From Candidatus Anaeroferrophillus wilburensis (GTDB taxonomy: Bacteria; Desulfobacterota; Anaeroferrophillalia; Anaeroferrophillales; Anaeroferrophillaceae): a stretch of 64,000 nucleotides of DNA. The DNA lies in assembly GCA_016934315.1 (NCBI GenBank), contig JAFGSY010000045.1, positions 4,361 through 68,360 of the forward strand. The letters are read 5' to 3'. A model generated the notes under the pieces. That model did not search any database, had not been told where the DNA came from, and saw only the letters and a list, made by a program, of their open reading frames with translations. Of the stretch, positions 1 through 9,154 are shown piece by piece (position 1 is the stretch's first letter; the number at the start of each line of letters is the position of its first letter). The position numbers and the translations under genes are program-made.

Positions 1-853
1 ACTGACCAAGGTTATAATCATCGAGGTTGACCTGCCCATCTTCGATGGCGGTCAGGATATCCTGGGCCCAGGGAACCAGCAGCCAGACAATGGTGCCCTG
101 CTCCTGGGAAACCGCTTCGAGAATCCACTGGGGGCTGACCCCCTTGAGAATGACCGCCTTGGCCCCGACGATAAAGTTGCCGAACCAGTGCATTTTTGCC
201 CCGGTATGGTAGAGAGGCGGAATAAGGATGAAATTATCCTCGTGGGTCTGCAGGTGATGGCGGTTTTCAGTAATACAGGATGCTTCCAGGTTGCGCTGGG
301 TCAGGAGAATGGGTTTGGGCCGTCCGGTGGTACCCGAAGTGAAATAAAGCGCCGCCTCGTCGTTCAGTTCCAGGGGAACATCCAGGGGTTCGGCAGATTC
401 GCCGGCCAGCAGCTGCTCGTATATATCGGCATAGGCAGGACCCTCTCCTCCCACATAAACAAACTTTTTCACCGTCGGTAACTCATCCTTGATCTGCTCG
501 ATCCGTTCGGCGAACTCCGGTCCGAAAAAGAGCACGTCCCCTTCAGCCACCTCGATACAATATTTGATATCATCGGCGGTAAAACGGAAATTCAGCGGCA
601 CCACCCAGGCCCCGGAACGCAGAATGCCAAAGTAAAGCGGCAGCCATTCCAGGCTGTTCATCAGCAGATGAATGACCTTGCTCCCCTTGCCAATACCCAT
701 GCCCTGCAAAAGATTGGCAACCTGGTTAGCCTGGCGGTCAAATTCACTCCAGGTAATTTCACGTCTGGTTTGCTGGACCGGATCGCGTTCAATCAAAGCT
801 GTTTCAGCCGGATACATCCGGGCGTTACGGGCCAATATTTCAGTTATCAACAT
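1..853 (-). CDS. AMP-dependent acyl-CoA synthetase/ligase, N-terminal part (gene continues beyond window start)
   Basis: Reverse-complement translation from ATG at 853 reads MLITEILARNARMYPAETALIERDP...YFTSGTTGRPKPI...LYHTGAK. This is the AMP-binding motif of acyl-CoA synthetases. No stop codon before the window edge; absent from the ORF track because it is truncated. Confidence 0.7.
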   Translation of the reverse strand, partial: MLITEILARNARMYPAETALIERDPVQQTRREITWSEFDRQANQVANLLQGMGIGKGSKVIHLLMNSLEWLPLYFGILRSGAWVVPLNFRFTADDIKYCIEVAEGDVLFFGPEFAERIEQIKDELPTVKKFVYVGGEGPAYADIYEQLLAGESAEPLDVPLELNDEAALYFTSGTTGRPKPILLTQRNLEASCITENRHHLQTHEDNFILIPPLYHTGAKMHWFGNFIVGAKAVILKGVSPQWILEAVSQEQGTIVWLLVPWAQDILTAIEDGQVNLDDYNLGQ

Positions 854-1236
854 CGATTTCCCCCTCTGCGTCAACAGTTAACAATACTCGGTTGACACAG
901 TTAAGCAAATATCAATCCACCCGGAATTGATGGACAACCATTTCAATGCAAAAAAACATAGCACGGCATATCTGATAAAACAACGATTTATTCAACTTCA
1001 ACGGCTGGCCACCGGCAGCAATTATTCACCGGGAAACGGTTATATTTTGCCATTTATCCGGGTAACGCCACAATAATGGCCTTAGCCATCACCACGGGGA
1101 CCTTTGATTGACAATTTTTCCATATTGCTCCATAGTTGTTGGGTAAGCATGGGTGAAAAAGATGGGCCGGACCCCCATGACAAGACACTTTTTCCTGCCA
1201 TGAACCACGTCCGGACGGAAACCAGAAGGCAGACAA

Positions 1237-1650
1237 ATGATTGAAACTTATCGTGGCATCGTTTACCCTCATCAACTGGACCACATGGGGCATATGAACA
1301 TCCAGTGGTATGCGGCAAAATTCGACGAGGCAACCTGGCACTTTCTTTCAGCCATCGGCATTACTTCAGCCTATATCAAGGAACACCACCAGGGCATGGC
1401 GGCGCTAGAGCAAAAGACCCAGTTTAAATCGGAAGTCAACGTTGGCCAGCTGCTGCTGATCAGGACCAGACTGCTGGCGGTCAATGAAAAAACCGTCCGC
1501 TTTCTCCACATCATGTATGATGCGGAAACCATGGAGGAAGCGGCCCGCTGTGAATTGATGGGAATCCATTTTGACCGCCGACAACGGAAATCAACCCCCT
1601 TTCCCGCTGTCGTCAGGGAGCAATGCGCCTTATTAAAGCAGGATAGCTGA
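1237..1650 (+). CDS. acyl-CoA thioesterase, hot-dog fold (4HBT/YbgC-like)
   Basis: 137 aa with YPHQLDHMGHMNIQWY motif typical of the 4HBT thioesterase superfamily. Divergent from the acyl-CoA synthetase. Confidence 0.65.
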   Translation: MIETYRGIVYPHQLDHMGHMNIQWYAAKFDEATWHFLSAIGITSAYIKEHHQGMAALEQKTQFKSEVNVGQLLLIRTRLLAVNEKTVRFLHIMYDAETMEEAARCELMGIHFDRRQRKSTPFPAVVREQCALLKQDS

Positions 1651-1659
1651 AAGGAGAAC

Positions 1660-2847
1660 ATGGGCCACCATCTTGACGCTAAAAGCAATCTTGTACCGCT
1701 GATAGACCGGCTGAATAAGTATCCCATCGGCCTGGTTGACAGCGAAAAATTGCGGAAAATCCTCTCCTTCCTTTTTACGGAACAAGAAGCCATTATCGCC
1801 TCCAGCTTTCCCCTTGAGGAAACCACCCTGCCGGAGCTGGCCCGACTGACGTCCCTGAAGGAGGAAAAACTGCAGACCATCCTAGCATCCATGGCCGACA
1901 AGGGACTGGTCATGGATCTGCCCTATGGCAACACGACCTATTACCTCCTGGTGCCTGGGTTGATCGGTTTTTTTGAACTGACCTTCATGAAAAACCGCTC
2001 TGATCTGCCGATGACAGAACTGGCCCGGCTGATGGCTGATTATCTCCATGATCGTCCGCACAGCGGCGGTCAGGCAGACGAATTTTTTGGCAGCCGAACC
2101 CCCCTGACCAGATCTCTGGTCTACGAAGAGCACATTCCTGTATCCTCCCAGATCGCAACCTATGAACAGGCCCGTAAGATCATTACCTCTGCAGGTTATG
2201 GCGCCGCCGGCATGTGTTACTGCCGCCATGCCAAACAGCATCTTGGTGAAACCTGTAAAAAAGGGGCCCCGGTGGAAGGCATCTGCATCTCCCTGGGAGC
2301 GGGGGCAAAATTTCTCGTCAGGCGGGGTTTCGCCCACGAAAAAAGCACTGAGGAACTGCTGGCAATCCTCGATCAGGCACGACAGCTGAACCTCACCCAC
2401 GTGACGGACAACATCCGCCATAAGCCGTCGTTCATCTGCAACTGTTGCCAGTGCTGCTGTGAACTGATGGCTGGCGTCCAGGAGGGTTTTCACCAGGGAA
2501 TCGGCAAAACCGGCTTTCTGGCCACCATTGACGAAAGCCAGTGCGTTGGCTGCGGCCTCTGCTTTGCCGCCTGCAACGTCAAAGCAATCGGTCCGGCCGC
2601 CGGGCAGACTGCCGGCGACACCCCCATCGCCCAGGTCAACCGCGCCGTCTGCCTGGGCTGCGGGGCCTGCATCAGCGTCTGCCCCCACAATGCCATCTCC
2701 CTTGTTGAACTCGCAGAAAGACCGGTGCCACCCGCAAAGCGGCAGGAACTTTTTGTCCGCATCCTCAAGGAAAAGGGTCGGCTATTGCCGTTTGTGGTTG
2801 GCAGGATGAAGAAGAAAATCGGCAGTCTACTGCCATTCAAGAGATAA
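1660..2847 (+). CDS. Fe-S cluster-binding protein with two 4Fe-4S ferredoxin motifs and a Cys-rich CNCCQCCC segment
   Basis: 395 aa. Motifs CVGCGLCFAAC and CLGCGACISVCP (CX2CX2CX3C), plus unusual FICNCCQCCCELM. Coupled to thioesterase (10-bp gap). Confidence 0.6.
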   Translation: MGHHLDAKSNLVPLIDRLNKYPIGLVDSEKLRKILSFLFTEQEAIIASSFPLEETTLPELARLTSLKEEKLQTILASMADKGLVMDLPYGNTTYYLLVPGLIGFFELTFMKNRSDLPMTELARLMADYLHDRPHSGGQADEFFGSRTPLTRSLVYEEHIPVSSQIATYEQARKIITSAGYGAAGMCYCRHAKQHLGETCKKGAPVEGICISLGAGAKFLVRRGFAHEKSTEELLAILDQARQLNLTHVTDNIRHKPSFICNCCQCCCELMAGVQEGFHQGIGKTGFLATIDESQCVGCGLCFAACNVKAIGPAAGQTAGDTPIAQVNRAVCLGCGACISVCPHNAISLVELAERPVPPAKRQELFVRILKEKGRLLPFVVGRMKKKIGSLLPFKR

Positions 2848-2965
2848 TGATCTCAAAAAATAACTATCTTAAAACCATCACTGGTAACCATGATAAACGA
2901 TCAAGGGACGGTGAGGCTATACATCATCCACCCCGCACCACATACCCCATGGAAAAATCGACGAG

Positions 2966-4216
2966 ATGACCAGAAAAAAAATTGTGGTAATCGGCGGCGG
3001 ACCGGCCGGTCTGATGGCCGCCGGCCAGGCAGCTGCAGCGGGGGCTGACGTGTTGCTGCTGGAAAAGATGAACCGCCCCGGCCGCAAGCTCAGCATCACC
3101 GGCAAAGGTCGCTGCAATCTCACCAACACCGCCGAAATCACCGATTTCATCACCCATTTTGACACCACCGGCAGATTTCTCCACCAGGCTTTTGCCCGTT
3201 TTTTTACTGCTGATCTTATGATGTTCTTTCAGAATCATGGCCTGGAACTGGTAACTGAACGGGGTGGGCGGGTATTTCCCGCCAGCGGGCACGCCACCGA
3301 TGTGCTGCAAACCTTGCAGCGTTGGCTGAAAAAGTGCGGCGTCCAGAGCAGGAATTCTTCACCGGTGGAAAAACTACTGACCAACAAGGGACAGGTCACC
3401 GGTGTTGTTGCCGGTGGTCAGGAATATACCGCCGACGCCGTCATTCTTGCAACCGGCGGTGCCTCCTATCCGGCCACCGGATCAACGGGTGACGGCTACA
3501 CCCTGGCCACGGCAGTCGGGCATACCCTTATTCCCATACGGCCGGCCTTGGTTCCCTTGGAAACTGCCGGCAACACGGCTGGCCGGATGGCAGAGCTGAA
3601 TCTGCGAAACATCAGAGTCCGCATGCTGCTCGACGGCAAAAAAAGCAAGGAAGATTTCGGCGAACTGACCTTCACCCCTTTCGGGGTAAGCGGTCCGGTA
3701 ATCCTCACCCTCAGCGGCATAGCAGTGGATGCCCTGATCAAGAAACAGACGGTGGAATTCTGTCTTGATCTCAAACCGGCCCTTGACGAAAAAAAACTCG
3801 ACGCCCGGCTCTTGCGTGATATTGCCGCCCGGGGCAAGGAGCCTTTCAGCAGCCTGTTGCGGGGGCTACTACCACGCGAGATGGTCCCGGTCTGCGCTGA
3901 TGCCACCGGGATTCCGTCGGAACGTCTGGCCAGTAGCATCAATGCCAAGGAGCGGCGGCGCCTGCGGACCTGGCTCAAAAATTTCCGCCTGCAGGTAACC
4001 AAGGCCCGCCCACTTGACGAAGCGATTATCACCGCCGGCGGCATCGATACTAAAGAAATTGATCCCCGGACCATGGCATCCCGGAAAAGCAGGGGACTTT
4101 TCATGGCCGGTGAAATCCTTGACCTCCAGGCCGACACCGGCGGATATAACCTTCAGGCCGCTTTTTCCACCGGCTGGCTGGCCGGACGCTCAGCTGCCGA
4201 TCACAGCATCCCTTGA
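2966..4216 (+). CDS. HI0933-family NAD(P)/FAD-dependent flavoprotein (BaiN/aminoacetone oxidase family)
   Basis: 416 aa. N-terminal IVVIGGGPAGLMAA dinucleotide fold, KGRCNLTN motif and C-terminal GGYNLQAAFSTGWLAG are characteristic of HI0933-like proteins. Confidence 0.75.
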   Translation: MTRKKIVVIGGGPAGLMAAGQAAAAGADVLLLEKMNRPGRKLSITGKGRCNLTNTAEITDFITHFDTTGRFLHQAFARFFTADLMMFFQNHGLELVTERGGRVFPASGHATDVLQTLQRWLKKCGVQSRNSSPVEKLLTNKGQVTGVVAGGQEYTADAVILATGGASYPATGSTGDGYTLATAVGHTLIPIRPALVPLETAGNTAGRMAELNLRNIRVRMLLDGKKSKEDFGELTFTPFGVSGPVILTLSGIAVDALIKKQTVEFCLDLKPALDEKKLDARLLRDIAARGKEPFSSLLRGLLPREMVPVCADATGIPSERLASSINAKERRRLRTWLKNFRLQVTKARPLDEAIITAGGIDTKEIDPRTMASRKSRGLFMAGEILDLQADTGGYNLQAAFSTGWLAGRSAADHSIP

Positions 4217-4291
4217 GGATGCAGTGATCGCATAAACCTCCAGAGTCACCGAGCATGATGCTCTAAATAAGGTTACGACTCTGAAAAAATC

Positions 4292-5122
4292 ATGATGCAA
4301 AGGAACTACGTGAAAGACAAAGAAGATTACATGGAACTACTGTTACAAAAGACCTGCACCATTGCCAAGACAGCGGGAGCGGCCATCATGGCATACTACC
4401 GTTCAAACTATGAGGTTAAGAACAAGGCCCCTGACAACCCGGTCACCGATGCCGACTATGCCGCCGACCGCCTGCTTAAAGAACAACTCACCGCCCTGCT
4501 GCCAACTGCCGGCTGGCTCAGTGAGGAATCCGTTGATCAGCCGGAACGGCTCCAGAAGGAGCAGGTGTGGGTGGTGGACCCCCTCGACGGCACCAAAGAG
4601 TTCATCCTGGGCATCCCGGAATTCGCCGTCTCCATCGGCCTGGTCGACAACGGTCAGTCGGTACTGGGGGTCATCTACAATCCGGCAACCGATGAACTGT
4701 TCGCCGGCAGCCGCGGCAACGGCATTGTTCTCAACGGCAAGCCGATGCAAACCACTAGTCGAACTCTGTTGCCGGGAGCGGCCATCGATGCCAGCCGTTC
4801 CGAGTGCAACCGGGGTGAGTTCACACCATTCGAGGATCTGCTGCAAATCACCATTGTCGGCAGCACCGCCTACAAACTAGCCCGGGTGGCTGCCGGTCTT
4901 TGCGATGCCTCCTGGAGCCGCGGCCCCAAAAATGAATGGGATATCTGCGCCGGCGTCCTACTGATTGACGAGGCCGGTGGCAGCTGTGTCGATCTCAACA
5001 ATACTCCCTTTTCCTTTAACCGCCCCAAAACCCTGGTCAATGGCTTTATTGCCGATAACGGCCAGCTTCATGAACAGATCATCGCCGCCTTAGCGCCCCA
5101 CGGTGCCGCCAGAACAACGTAA
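4292..5122 (+). CDS. inositol monophosphatase-family phosphatase, CysQ-like 3'(2'),5'-bisphosphate nucleotidase
   Basis: WVVDPLDGTKEF metal-binding motif of the IMPase/CysQ family. Real start may be the internal MELLLQ (about 4331). Confidence 0.7.
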   Translation: MMQRNYVKDKEDYMELLLQKTCTIAKTAGAAIMAYYRSNYEVKNKAPDNPVTDADYAADRLLKEQLTALLPTAGWLSEESVDQPERLQKEQVWVVDPLDGTKEFILGIPEFAVSIGLVDNGQSVLGVIYNPATDELFAGSRGNGIVLNGKPMQTTSRTLLPGAAIDASRSECNRGEFTPFEDLLQITIVGSTAYKLARVAAGLCDASWSRGPKNEWDICAGVLLIDEAGGSCVDLNNTPFSFNRPKTLVNGFIADNGQLHEQIIAALAPHGAARTT

Positions 5123-5237
5123 CGTAACCACCAGACGGCTAATGCCGCAACCGTCAGAATGCTATTTGATGACTGTCTCCTTTGTCAAGCTGCACCATTG
5201 TTCTCCGGAATAACCAGAAAAACAGGAGGGAAACACC

Positions 5238-6017
5238 ATGAATATCAGTAAGAAGAAAGTCAGCCAACCACCTTTTCTGACCATCTTCATTTGGATCACC
5301 ATTATGATTGTCATTGGTACAGCAACCGCTTTCGGCGGCTGGCTGGACAAAGGCAAAGAGCTGCTGAACCAGGCGGTAACCAGCACCGGCACCGACAAAC
5401 CTGCTGTCCTGACCACTGATGAGATCGGCGCTGGGCTGAAGGAAGCCCTCAAGGTGGGGACCGAGCGGGTCGTCGCCCAGTTGGGACAGAACGACGGCTT
5501 CAACACCGACCCGGCTATTCACATTCCCCTGCCGGACAGCCTCACCAAAGTCCAATCCGCCCTGAATAAGATCGGCCTCTCCTCCATGCTTGACGATCTA
5601 GAACTGCGCCTCAACCGGGCGGCGGAAACGGCTACCCCGAAAGCCAAAACCCTTTTCTGGCAGTCGATCCAGGAGATGACCCTCGACGATGTCCAGGGCA
5701 TCTATAAGGGCCCCGACGATGCCGCCACCCGCTATTTCCAGGGCAAAATGTCAGCCCCCCTGGCCGAAGAGATGCGGCCGGTGGTGGAAGAAAGCCTGGC
5801 CCAGGTGGGGGCCATCCAATCCTATGACAACGTCATGGGAAAATACAGCGCCCTGCCCTTCGTTCCCGACGTCAAGGCCGACCTCACCACCCATGTGCTT
5901 GACAAGGGACTGGCGGGCATTTTCCACTATGTTGCCAAGGAGGAGGCAGCCATCCGCCAGAACCCGGTCAAACGAACAACGGAACTGCTCAAGCGGGTTT
6001 TCGGCACCGCCCCGTAA
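5238..6017 (+). CDS. DUF4197-family secreted protein
   Basis: 259 aa, N-terminal hydrophobic signal/anchor, overall resemblance to DUF4197 family. RBS GGAGG upstream. Confidence 0.55.
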   Translation: MNISKKKVSQPPFLTIFIWITIMIVIGTATAFGGWLDKGKELLNQAVTSTGTDKPAVLTTDEIGAGLKEALKVGTERVVAQLGQNDGFNTDPAIHIPLPDSLTKVQSALNKIGLSSMLDDLELRLNRAAETATPKAKTLFWQSIQEMTLDDVQGIYKGPDDAATRYFQGKMSAPLAEEMRPVVEESLAQVGAIQSYDNVMGKYSALPFVPDVKADLTTHVLDKGLAGIFHYVAKEEAAIRQNPVKRTTELLKRVFGTAP

Positions 6018-6098
6018 TCGACACTAGTTATGATGTTGCTACCTGCATTATTCGATTATGACTGCCTGAAGCCGCCTGGTCTTTACTGCAAGTGGTTT

Positions 6099-6143
6099 TG
6101 TCCGCCGGACGAATCACCTGGATGGTGATTCGTCCGGCGGACA
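6099..6143. repeat. perfect 20-bp inverted repeat (tgtccgccggacgaatcacc / ggtgattcgtccggcggaca) with 5-nt loop
   Basis: Read directly. Arms 6099-6118 and 6124-6143 are exact reverse complements. No flanking U-tract on either strand. Confidence 0.9.
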
Positions 6144-6296
6144 CCTCGGAGCCGGCCCCATAATCGTGCGGCACGCTCTTGCAAACAGAAAGGCCGGCGG
6201 GAATGAGCGGCAGCAAAGATCAGTCGGCTGGTTCACCAAGCACTATGCAAGGACGTCGAGTCACCCCGCTATCGACATTTCTGAGGAACGTACCCC

Positions 6297-6926
6297 ATGG
6301 ATCATACAACAACCCCATCGTCCCCCTTTGCCAACCAAACCCTGGAGACCATCAACCGGAGGCACAGCACCCGGGTGTTTGCCGACCAGCCGATCAGCGA
6401 AGCGGATCTGCTCACCATACTCCAGGCGGCCAACCGGGCACCCTCGGCCCATAACCAGCAGTCTTGGCGCTTCATCGTCATTCGGGGGGAGAAAAAACAT
6501 CAGCTGGTACAGCTGGTCAGTGCCCGGGCAGGCGATTTCCCCCGGGCATCACGGGCCCTGCTGCGAATGGCTTCCCGCAGTATTGCCAGTGCCCCGGTAG
6601 TCATCGCAGTGGCCAACACCGGCGAACTGATCGCCCACGGCATCGACCTGTTCAAAGTGGACAAGACCATTGCCCACGATTTTTTCCGCACCATGGAGAT
6701 CCAGAGCTCGGCCGCTGCCGTCCAAAACTTGCTGCTGGCGGCCACCGCCCTCGGTCTGTCATCCGTCTGGCTCGGCATCCTTTTTCTAATCAAAGACGAT
6801 ATTCTCCAGTTTCTCGGTGAACCGGCCGGCGAGTTCATGGCAGTAATTCCCATCGGCCATGCCGCCACTGCTGGCAAAAGCCCGAAAAAACGACCCTTGG
6901 AGATGATTGTTAAAACTCTGGACTAA
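6297..6926 (+). CDS. nitroreductase-family protein
   Basis: 209 aa. RHSTRVF, SAHNQQSWRFIV and LAATALGL motifs typical of NfnB/NfsA-like nitroreductase fold. Confidence 0.7.
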   Translation: MDHTTTPSSPFANQTLETINRRHSTRVFADQPISEADLLTILQAANRAPSAHNQQSWRFIVIRGEKKHQLVQLVSARAGDFPRASRALLRMASRSIASAPVVIAVANTGELIAHGIDLFKVDKTIAHDFFRTMEIQSSAAAVQNLLLAATALGLSSVWLGILFLIKDDILQFLGEPAGEFMAVIPIGHAATAGKSPKKRPLEMIVKTLD

Positions 6927-7398
6927 CCTTGGTAATCAACGTATGGCCGCTATGATAACCTGGTATCAGGCCCACTCAGCGCTCTTCTGGTGGCTAACCC
7001 TGGCGTCAGCCATCTCTTTTGTCGGCACCCTGATCATTGTTCCGGCCCTGCTGGTCCGCATGCCGGCCGATTACTTCGCCCGCCACCGTCCCTATTATCG
7101 CGGCCACCATCCAGTTGTCCACTGGGCCATCTTGATCGGTAAAAACCTGTTCGGCATCACCTTCCTGCTTGCCGGACTGGTGATGCTTTTTGTTCCCGGT
7201 CAAGGTATCCTCACCATTCTCATCGGCATCACCCTGCTCAATTTCCCCGGCAAACGCAGGCTGGAGCAGCGCTTCATCCGGCTGCCGAAAGTCCATTTGG
7301 CCATCAACCACCTGCGACAACGGGCTGGCAGGCCGCCGTTGCTCAGCCTATTGTCGGAAAACCATACTGACAACGGCAAAACAAGCAGTAACCTTTAA
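6907..7398 (+). CDS. small integral membrane protein (2-3 TM), function unknown
   Basis: 163 aa with hydrophobic helices (LTLASAISFVGTLIIVPALLV; ITFLLAGLVMLFVPGQGILTILIGITLL). Overlaps the nitroreductase stop; start could be 6943. Confidence 0.4.
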   Translation: MLKLWTNLGNQRMAAMITWYQAHSALFWWLTLASAISFVGTLIIVPALLVRMPADYFARHRPYYRGHHPVVHWAILIGKNLFGITFLLAGLVMLFVPGQGILTILIGITLLNFPGKRRLEQRFIRLPKVHLAINHLRQRAGRPPLLSLLSENHTDNGKTSSNL

Positions 7399-7439
7399 TA
7401 CCGGCAAGCAACCGTCTGCAACGTGAAGATTTCAGTGGC

Positions 7440-7820
7440 GGTCCATGTGACACCCTGGTTTTCACCAGCACATCAAGGCTACGATATCATTGCAAAAGAT
7501 ACTGTTTTGCATCATCTGCCAGCCCGGCTACCGGTAATAAAAAACACTACTAATAGCTAATTACAACCAATAAACAAGTTATTACAACCTATAAATGAGA
7601 TAATACTTTAAGTGTTAAAAAAGCTGCGGTCCAGAGAAATTCAAGCACTACTCAAAATAACATTTGAAAATGCAGAGGAAGTTGTAGAATTAGTGCTAAC
7701 ACCAGAACGGACAAAAAAACGGCATAATGAACCAACACACCCGCTTAGGACAACCTCCCCTTGACCTGAAGCCAGCCACTGATTACTGTAAGTAGATAAT
7801 CAGGTAAACCAGCACCAAGA
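7440..7820. promoter_or_regulatory. AT-rich (about 35% GC) intergenic island upstream of msrAB, containing tandem direct repeats attacaaccNataaa
   Basis: Composition drops sharply relative to flanks. Repeat attacaaccaataaac ... attacaacctataaat at about 7556-7600. Long non-coding gap before msrAB. Confidence 0.5.
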
Positions 7821-8918
7821 TTGGAGGCCCGGATGCTCACTAAATTTCTGTCCCTTATCCTCATCTCCCTGTTCATGGTCATCGCCCGACAGGCCGGTGC
7901 CCAACCTGCCACCGCAACCGCAACTTTTGCCGGCGGCTGTTTCTGGTGCATGGAACACCCCTTTGAGAAACTGGGAGGGGTTGATCAGGTCATCTCTGGC
8001 TATACCGGCGGCACCACCGCAGACCCCACCTATGAAGAGGTATCTTCAGGAACCTCAGGTCACCTTGAAGCAGTGCAGATCACCTATGATCCCGCAGTCA
8101 TCAGCTATGGTGAACTACTGGCAGTATTCTGGCGCCAGATCAATCCCACCGATGCCGGCGGCCAGTTTGTCGACCGGGGCAACCAGTATGCCTCGGCCAT
8201 CTATTATCATAGTGAAGAACAGCACCGGCTGGCGGAGCAATCCCGGCATGAGCTCAGCAGCTCCGGCCGCTATGACCAGCCGATCGTTACCCCCATTGTG
8301 CCGGCAACGACCTTCTACCCAGCAGAACCGTATCATCAGGACTACTATAAAAAGAATCCTCTGCGCTACCGATTCTACCGCTCCCGCTCTGGCCGGGATG
8401 CCTTTCTCGAGCGAATATGGAAAACCGAACCGAAAAAAACACCGGTGAGCAGCGGCCGGGAAGCTTACAGCCGGCCATCCCCTGAAGAACTTCGTCGCCT
8501 GCTAACCCCCCTGCAGTACCAAGTAACCCAGGAAGATGCCACGGAACGGCCATTCAATAATGAGTACTGGGACAATAAACGGGCGGGAATCTACGTCGAC
8601 ATCGTCTCCGGTGAACCTCTGTTCAGTTCACAGGATAAGTTCAAATCAGGAACCGGCTGGCCAAGCTTTACCCGGCCTTTAGAACCGGGCCATATTGTCA
8701 GGAAGGTGGACCGCACCCTGTTTGCAACCCGGACTGAAGTCCGCAGTCGCCAGGCCGATTCCCATTTAGGCCATGTGTTCGATGACGGTCCGGCACCCAC
8801 CGGCCTGCGTTACTGCATCAACTCTGCCGCCCTGCGGTTCATCCCCAAAGAAGAGCTGGAAACAAAGGGGTACGGCCGCTACAGCAAGCTTTTTGCCGCC
8901 GATGAAGCGGGTAACTAG
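7821..8918 (+). CDS. msrAB: bifunctional peptide-methionine sulfoxide reductase MsrA/MsrB, secreted (signal peptide)
   Basis: GGCFWC active-site motif of MsrA in N-terminal half. C-terminal MsrB domain with [10 protein letters not shown]-terminal signal peptide [18 protein letters not shown]. Confidence 0.85.
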   Translation: MEARMLTKFLSLILISLFMVIARQAGAQPATATATFAGGCFWCMEHPFEKLGGVDQVISGYTGGTTADPTYEEVSSGTSGHLEAVQITYDPAVISYGELLAVFWRQINPTDAGGQFVDRGNQYASAIYYHSEEQHRLAEQSRHELSSSGRYDQPIVTPIVPATTFYPAEPYHQDYYKKNPLRYRFYRSRSGRDAFLERIWKTEPKKTPVSSGREAYSRPSPEELRRLLTPLQYQVTQEDATERPFNNEYWDNKRAGIYVDIVSGEPLFSSQDKFKSGTGWPSFTRPLEPGHIVRKVDRTLFATRTEVRSRQADSHLGHVFDDGPAPTGLRYCINSAALRFIPKEELETKGYGRYSKLFAADEAGN

Positions 8919-8977
8919 GGGTGCCATCAACTTTTTTTAGCCTTTTATGATGCTTTATTTCCTGCTATGTAATCGGT

Positions 8978-9140
8978 GATGAACTCGTAACAATCGGCAA
9001 AACGCCTTGAAAACCGGATGGCACAGTAGTGGCTCCAGCAAGACCTGAAGAATGCTGCATACATGGGAGCACGCTGCACAGTTGGTTGATGAAGACTGCA
9101 GTTTAACGAACAGCGTGGAGTTGTTACAAAGCTATCATCA
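8978..9140 (+). repeat. copy A of a roughly 163-nt conserved intergenic element (candidate structured ncRNA / REP-like family)
   Basis: Starts tgatgaactcgtaacaatcggcaaaacgccttgaaaaccggatggca and ends gtggagttgttacaaagctatca. The 5' and 3' ends are mutually complementary (cgtaacaa/ttgttacg). About 70% identical over full length to copy at 39573-39736. Confidence 0.6.
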
Positions 9141-9154
9141 GGAAAGGAAGTATC

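Noticed and set aside
1882-2688. 268-aa ORF antisense to the Fe-S protein gene; similar long antisense ORFs at 21909-23387, 29145-30395, 35048-36124, 52035-53720 and many others
   Set aside because: High GC content suppresses stop codons on the opposite strand. The translations are low-complexity (G/A/R/P-rich) with no family resemblance, whereas the sense-strand ORFs have clear motifs.
8942-8977. 10-codon mini-ORF MMLYFLLCNR ending at the tga that begins element copy A (possible leader peptide)
   Set aside because: Not conserved upstream of copies B, C or D. Likely fortuitous.
8978-9140. Possibility that the repeated element is a fluoride (crcB) or TPP riboswitch
   Set aside because: Partial resemblance only (AAAC-GCC-UUGAAAA-CCGGAUGGCA vs crcB-like CUGAAAAGGGCUGAUGGC; ACCUGA block vs thi-box). 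The required hairpin complementarity for crcB and the CUGAGA...GGGA thi-box core are absent, and the gene contexts (DUF4126, CorC, 3' of cooT) do not fit.
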